This document shows, in pieces, positions 28,866 through 32,000 of a stretch of DNA of 32,000 bases. Below the pieces are notes generated by a model, which had not been told where the DNA came from, searched no databases, and saw only the letters and a program-made list of their open reading frames with translations. Each line of letters begins with the position of its first letter. Position 1 is the stretch's first letter. The translations under genes were made by a program, and so were the position numbers. Source of the stretch: Deinococcus radiodurans R1 = ATCC 13939 = DSM 20539 (GTDB taxonomy: Bacteria; Deinococcota; Deinococci; Deinococcales; Deinococcaceae); contig NC_001263.1 of NCBI RefSeq assembly GCF_000008565.1, positions 2,162,956-2,194,955 of the forward strand. Direction: 5' to 3'.

Positions 28866-31382
28866 ATGAACGTCATCGGCAAGGTCACGGTGCTGCCGCA
28901 GCTACCCGCAGAAATCGCGCGGCTGTCCGAACTCGCGTACAACCTCTACTGGTCGTGGACGCCCCGCGCGCAGGCCCTGTACCGCGACCTGTCGCCGGAA
29001 CTTTGGGAGCGCTTCCAGCACAACCCGGTGCGGCTGCTGCTGGAAGCGGACCAGGACCGCCTGAACGCGGCGGCGCAGGACCCCGCCTACCTGGGGCGTT
29101 ACGCGCAGGTGATGGCCGATTTCGACGCGTACATGGGCAAAAAAGACACCTGGGCGGCAAGGCACGCCCCGCAGATGAAGCCGGTGGCCTACTTCAGCAT
29201 GGAGTACGCCTTCCACGAGTCGCTGCCCATCTACTCAGGCGGCCTCGGCGTGCTGGCGGGCGACCACTGCAAGAGTGCGTCCGACCTCGGCCTGCCCTTC
29301 ACCGCCGTGGGGATGCTGTTTTCGCAGGGGTATTTCCGGCAACTGTTCGACAAGGACGGCTGGCAAAACGAGGCGTATGACGAACTCGACCTGACCACCC
29401 TGCCGATACAGCCCGCCCAGAGCGCGGCGGGCGAGGACATCCGCGTGTCGGTGCGGATTGCCGGGCGCGAGGTGGCGGTCAAGGTCTGGACGCTGCAAGT
29501 CGGGCGCGTCCGGGTGCTGCTGCTCGACAGCAACGTACCGGACAACAGCGAGGACGACCGCAAGCTGACCGCGCGGCTCTACGGCGGCAACCAGGAACTG
29601 CGGGTGCAGCAGTACGTGCTGCTCGGCGTGGCGGGCATCCGGGCGCTGCGGGCGCTGGACGTGCCGGCGAGCGTCTATCACATGAACGAGGGGCACGCCG
29701 CCCTGATGGCACTGGAACGGATGCGCGAGTACGTGGCGGCGGGCCAGGACTTCCGCACCGCCGCCGAACTCGCCGCAAGCAGCACCCTGTTCACCACCCA
29801 CACCCCCGTCGCAGCGGGCAACGACGCTTTCACCTATGAGCTGATGGACAAATACATCGGTGAGTGGCCGGGGCTGCTGCACGCCGGGCGCGACGAACTG
29901 TACGCGCTGGCACGGCACGACCAGCAGTGGGACGGCCACACGGTCCCGGCCTTTTCCATGACGGTCTTCGCGCTGAGCATGAGCCGGGCGGCCAACGGCG
30001 TCTCCGAACTGCACGGCGAGGTCAGCCGGGGCATGTGGAATTTCCTCTACCCCGGCGCCGAGGAAAACGAGGTGCCTATCGGCCACGTGACCAACGGGGC
30101 GCACAACCTGACCTTCACCAGCCAGCGGATGCGCGACCTGCTGTCCACCGTGCTGCCGGAGGACTGGACCGAGCGGCTGGAAGACGAAACGATGTGGCAG
30201 GCGGTCGAGCAGCTCACCGAGGAGCAACTGAGCAACGTGCAGCGCGAGATGAAGCGCGAGATGATCACCTTCGTGCGGGGCCGGGTGCGCGAGCAACTGC
30301 TGCGCAACGGGGCGAGCGCCGCCGACGTGGCCGCGACCGACAACCTGCTCGACGAGGGCACGCTCACCATCGGCTTTGCCCGCCGCTTTGCGACCTACAA
30401 GCGCGCCACCTTGCTGCTGCGCGACAAACCGCGCCTCGCCGCCATCGTGAACAACCCCGAGCGCCCGGTGCAGTTCGTCTTCGCGGGCAAGGCGCACCCC
30501 GCCGACAACCCCGGCAAGGCGTTTATTCAGGAGATCTACCGCACCAGCCAGGAACCCGAGTTCCGGGGCAAAATCGTGATTCTGGAAAATTACGACATGA
30601 ACGTGGCGCGCCACCTCGTGCAGGGGGTGGACATCTGGCTCAACAACCCCCGCCGCCCACTGGAAGCCTCGGGCACATCCGGCATGAAGGCGAGTTTCAA
30701 CGGCTCGCCCAACTTCTCCGTTCTGGACGGCTGGTGGCGCGAAGGGTATGACGGCACCAACGGCTGGCCGATTGGCGAGGAGCGCGAATACGCCGACCTG
30801 AACGTGCAGGACGACGCCGACGCCTTCGATCTGTACCAGCGGCTCGAACACGAAATCGCGCCGCGCTACTACGGCCACGCGCAGGGCAACGCGAGCTGGG
30901 CGCACACCGTGCGCGACGCCATCGAGACTGTCAGCCCGCGCTTTTCCATGCAGCGGCAGGTGCTCGACTACGTGCAGCAGTACTACCTCCCGCTGGGGCA
31001 GCGCGGCACGCAACTCGCCGACCACGGCGGCGCCCGTGCCCGCGACCTCGCCGCCTGGAAAGCCTGGGTCCGGCAGCAGTGGCCGCACACCAGCATCTCG
31101 GCGCAGGCGAACCTGCCCGCCACTGCCCGCCCCGGCGAGCAGGTCACGGTGTCGGCGCAGGTCAATCCTGCCGGCATCCGCCCCGAGGAACTGCGGGTCG
31201 AAGCGGTCCTCAAGCGCGGCGACGAAGTGCAGCGCTACCCACTCGCGCCGGGCGAAGGCGGGCAGTACAGCGCCGAGATTCCGCTCGACGACAGCGGTCT
31301 GTACTCGGTGGGCGTGCGGATGCTGCCGCTGATAGACGGCCTGAGCAACGACCTCGAAGCGGGCCTCATCAAGTGGGCCTGA
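28866..31382 (+). CDS. glgP: alpha-glucan phosphorylase (GT35, GlgP/maltodextrin phosphorylase type)
   Basis: YFSMEYAFHESLPIYSGGLGVLAGDH, YHMNEGHAA, FARRFATYKR and EASGTSGMKA (PLP-Lys region), 838 aa. Confidence 0.9.
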   Translation: MNVIGKVTVLPQLPAEIARLSELAYNLYWSWTPRAQALYRDLSPELWERFQHNPVRLLLEADQDRLNAAAQDPAYLGRYAQVMADFDAYMGKKDTWAARHAPQMKPVAYFSMEYAFHESLPIYSGGLGVLAGDHCKSASDLGLPFTAVGMLFSQGYFRQLFDKDGWQNEAYDELDLTTLPIQPAQSAAGEDIRVSVRIAGREVAVKVWTLQVGRVRVLLLDSNVPDNSEDDRKLTARLYGGNQELRVQQYVLLGVAGIRALRALDVPASVYHMNEGHAALMALERMREYVAAGQDFRTAAELAASSTLFTTHTPVAAGNDAFTYELMDKYIGEWPGLLHAGRDELYALARHDQQWDGHTVPAFSMTVFALSMSRAANGVSELHGEVSRGMWNFLYPGAEENEVPIGHVTNGAHNLTFTSQRMRDLLSTVLPEDWTERLEDETMWQAVEQLTEEQLSNVQREMKREMITFVRGRVREQLLRNGASAADVAATDNLLDEGTLTIGFARRFATYKRATLLLRDKPRLAAIVNNPERPVQFVFAGKAHPADNPGKAFIQEIYRTSQEPEFRGKIVILENYDMNVARHLVQGVDIWLNNPRRPLEASGTSGMKASFNGSPNFSVLDGWWREGYDGTNGWPIGEEREYADLNVQDDADAFDLYQRLEHEIAPRYYGHAQGNASWAHTVRDAIETVSPRFSMQRQVLDYVQQYYLPLGQRGTQLADHGGARARDLAAWKAWVRQQWPHTSISAQANLPATARPGEQVTVSAQVNPAGIRPEELRVEAVLKRGDEVQRYPLAPGEGGQYSAEIPLDDSGLYSVGVRMLPLIDGLSNDLEAGLIKWA

Positions 31383-31389
31383 GCTGAGG

Positions 31390-31440
31390 GCCAAAGAGAA
31401 GGGGCGTCGGACTTGTTCTCCGGCGCGCCTTTTCTTTGGC
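31390..31440. terminator. long hairpin between convergent genes (probable bidirectional terminator)
   Basis: GCCAAAGAGAAGG (31390-31402) pairs with CCTTTTCTTTGGC (31428-31440), including one G-U pair. Confidence 0.5.
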
Positions 31441-31448
31441 CGATGGGT

Positions 31449-32000
31449 TTACTGCACCGGCTGCCCGTTCATCAGCATTTGCCCGTCCTTGAAGCTGAAG
31501 GTCGCCACGAGCTTGTTGCCCTCGCGTTTCAGGGTGCCGCTGTCCACCAGGGTCTGCACGTCGGCGGCCTGACCCTGGCCGAGGGTCGCGGCGAGGTCGC
31601 GTAGCCCGGCTTCGCTGGTGCTGAGCTTGAAATCGGCGCTGACCATACTCATCAGCTCGGCGGGCGCGAGGGTGTTCCAGTTCTCGGCGGTCAGGCGGCT
31701 CGCCCCCGGCAGGGTGGCTTGCCCCGACACCTGCACGTCGCGGCCCGGCTGGCCGAGGCTCAGGCGGCTCAGCCGCAGCACCGGCTGACCACGCAGCAGC
31801 GCCAGCACGTCGGTTTCGAGCTGCTTTTCCTGGGCCGGGGTGAGGTCGGCGGGCGACTTGCTGCTCGCCTGCGTGGCCTGAAGGTCCTGCGCGAAGCGGG
31901 CCAGACGTTGCAGTGGCTCACGGGCGAGGTGGTCGAAGCTGAGCGCGAGCTCAAGGTTCTTGAGGTTCCTGCCGGCGGCGCTCACGTCGGCGACCGCGTA
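31449..32000 (-). CDS. hypothetical protein, C-terminal part (runs off the window); possibly YdgA/DUF945-like
   Basis: The frame stays open from 31985 to the window edge (YAVADV precedes the listed start). GC3-rich. The family guess is weak. Confidence 0.5.
   Translation of the reverse strand, partial: YAVADVSAAGRNLKNLELALSFDHLAREPLQRLARFAQDLQATQASSKSPADLTPAQEKQLETDVLALLRGQPVLRLSRLSLGQPGRDVQVSGQATLPGASRLTAENWNTLAPAELMSMVSADFKLSTSEAGLRDLAATLGQGQAADVQTLVDSGTLKREGNKLVATFSFKDGQMLMNGQPVQ

Overview
High-GC bacterial chromosomal window (by eye about two-thirds G+C, with strong G/C preference at codon position 3). Gene content and intergenic repeat families look like Deinococcus, probably D. radiodurans or a close relative; this is an inference and was not verified by search.

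Most of the window is housekeeping:
- 3' part of deoD, rsmB, an MFS efflux pump, leuS, a CorC/HlyC-type CBS transporter, cdd and purB
- a Cys/Met-family PLP sulfhydrylase, a Cfa-type methyltransferase, an M29 aminopeptidase and a Lon-N-domain protein
- an Old Yellow Enzyme, a lone ABC ATPase, lysW-lysX of the alpha-aminoadipate lysine pathway and a GT35 alpha-glucan phosphorylase
- four tRNAs: Ser-UGA, Ser-GCU, Arg-ACG and Pro-GGG

Unusual content:
1. A translationally coupled four-gene module on the minus strand (DUF4388/DUF742-like, P-loop GTPase, Roadblock/LC7, V4R-like). It resembles an actinobacterial conservon without its sensor kinase.
2. A LysW paralogue pair. One member is a 119-aa double zinc-ribbon protein lacking the EDWGE tail. 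The other is a 57-aa Cys-less LysW that is absent from the ORF track. A nested inverted repeat lies between lysW and lysX.
3. Two MITE-like repeat families with seven copies in total. Four of these copies contain the stop codon of the upstream housekeeping gene.
4. A mutually exclusive hairpin/terminator arrangement in the leuS leader.
5. An orphan promoter-terminator unit upstream of the CorC-type gene.
6. Two hypothetical ORFs that form one reading frame split by a single TAA.
7. A WGR-DUF1963 fusion with atypical codon usage.
8. A membrane-anchored nitrilase-superfamily protein whose catalytic Cys position reads Ser.

No CRISPR array, transposase, integrase or rRNA was seen. Many long ORFs in the supplied track are antisense or shadow ORFs typical of high-GC DNA and were not called.
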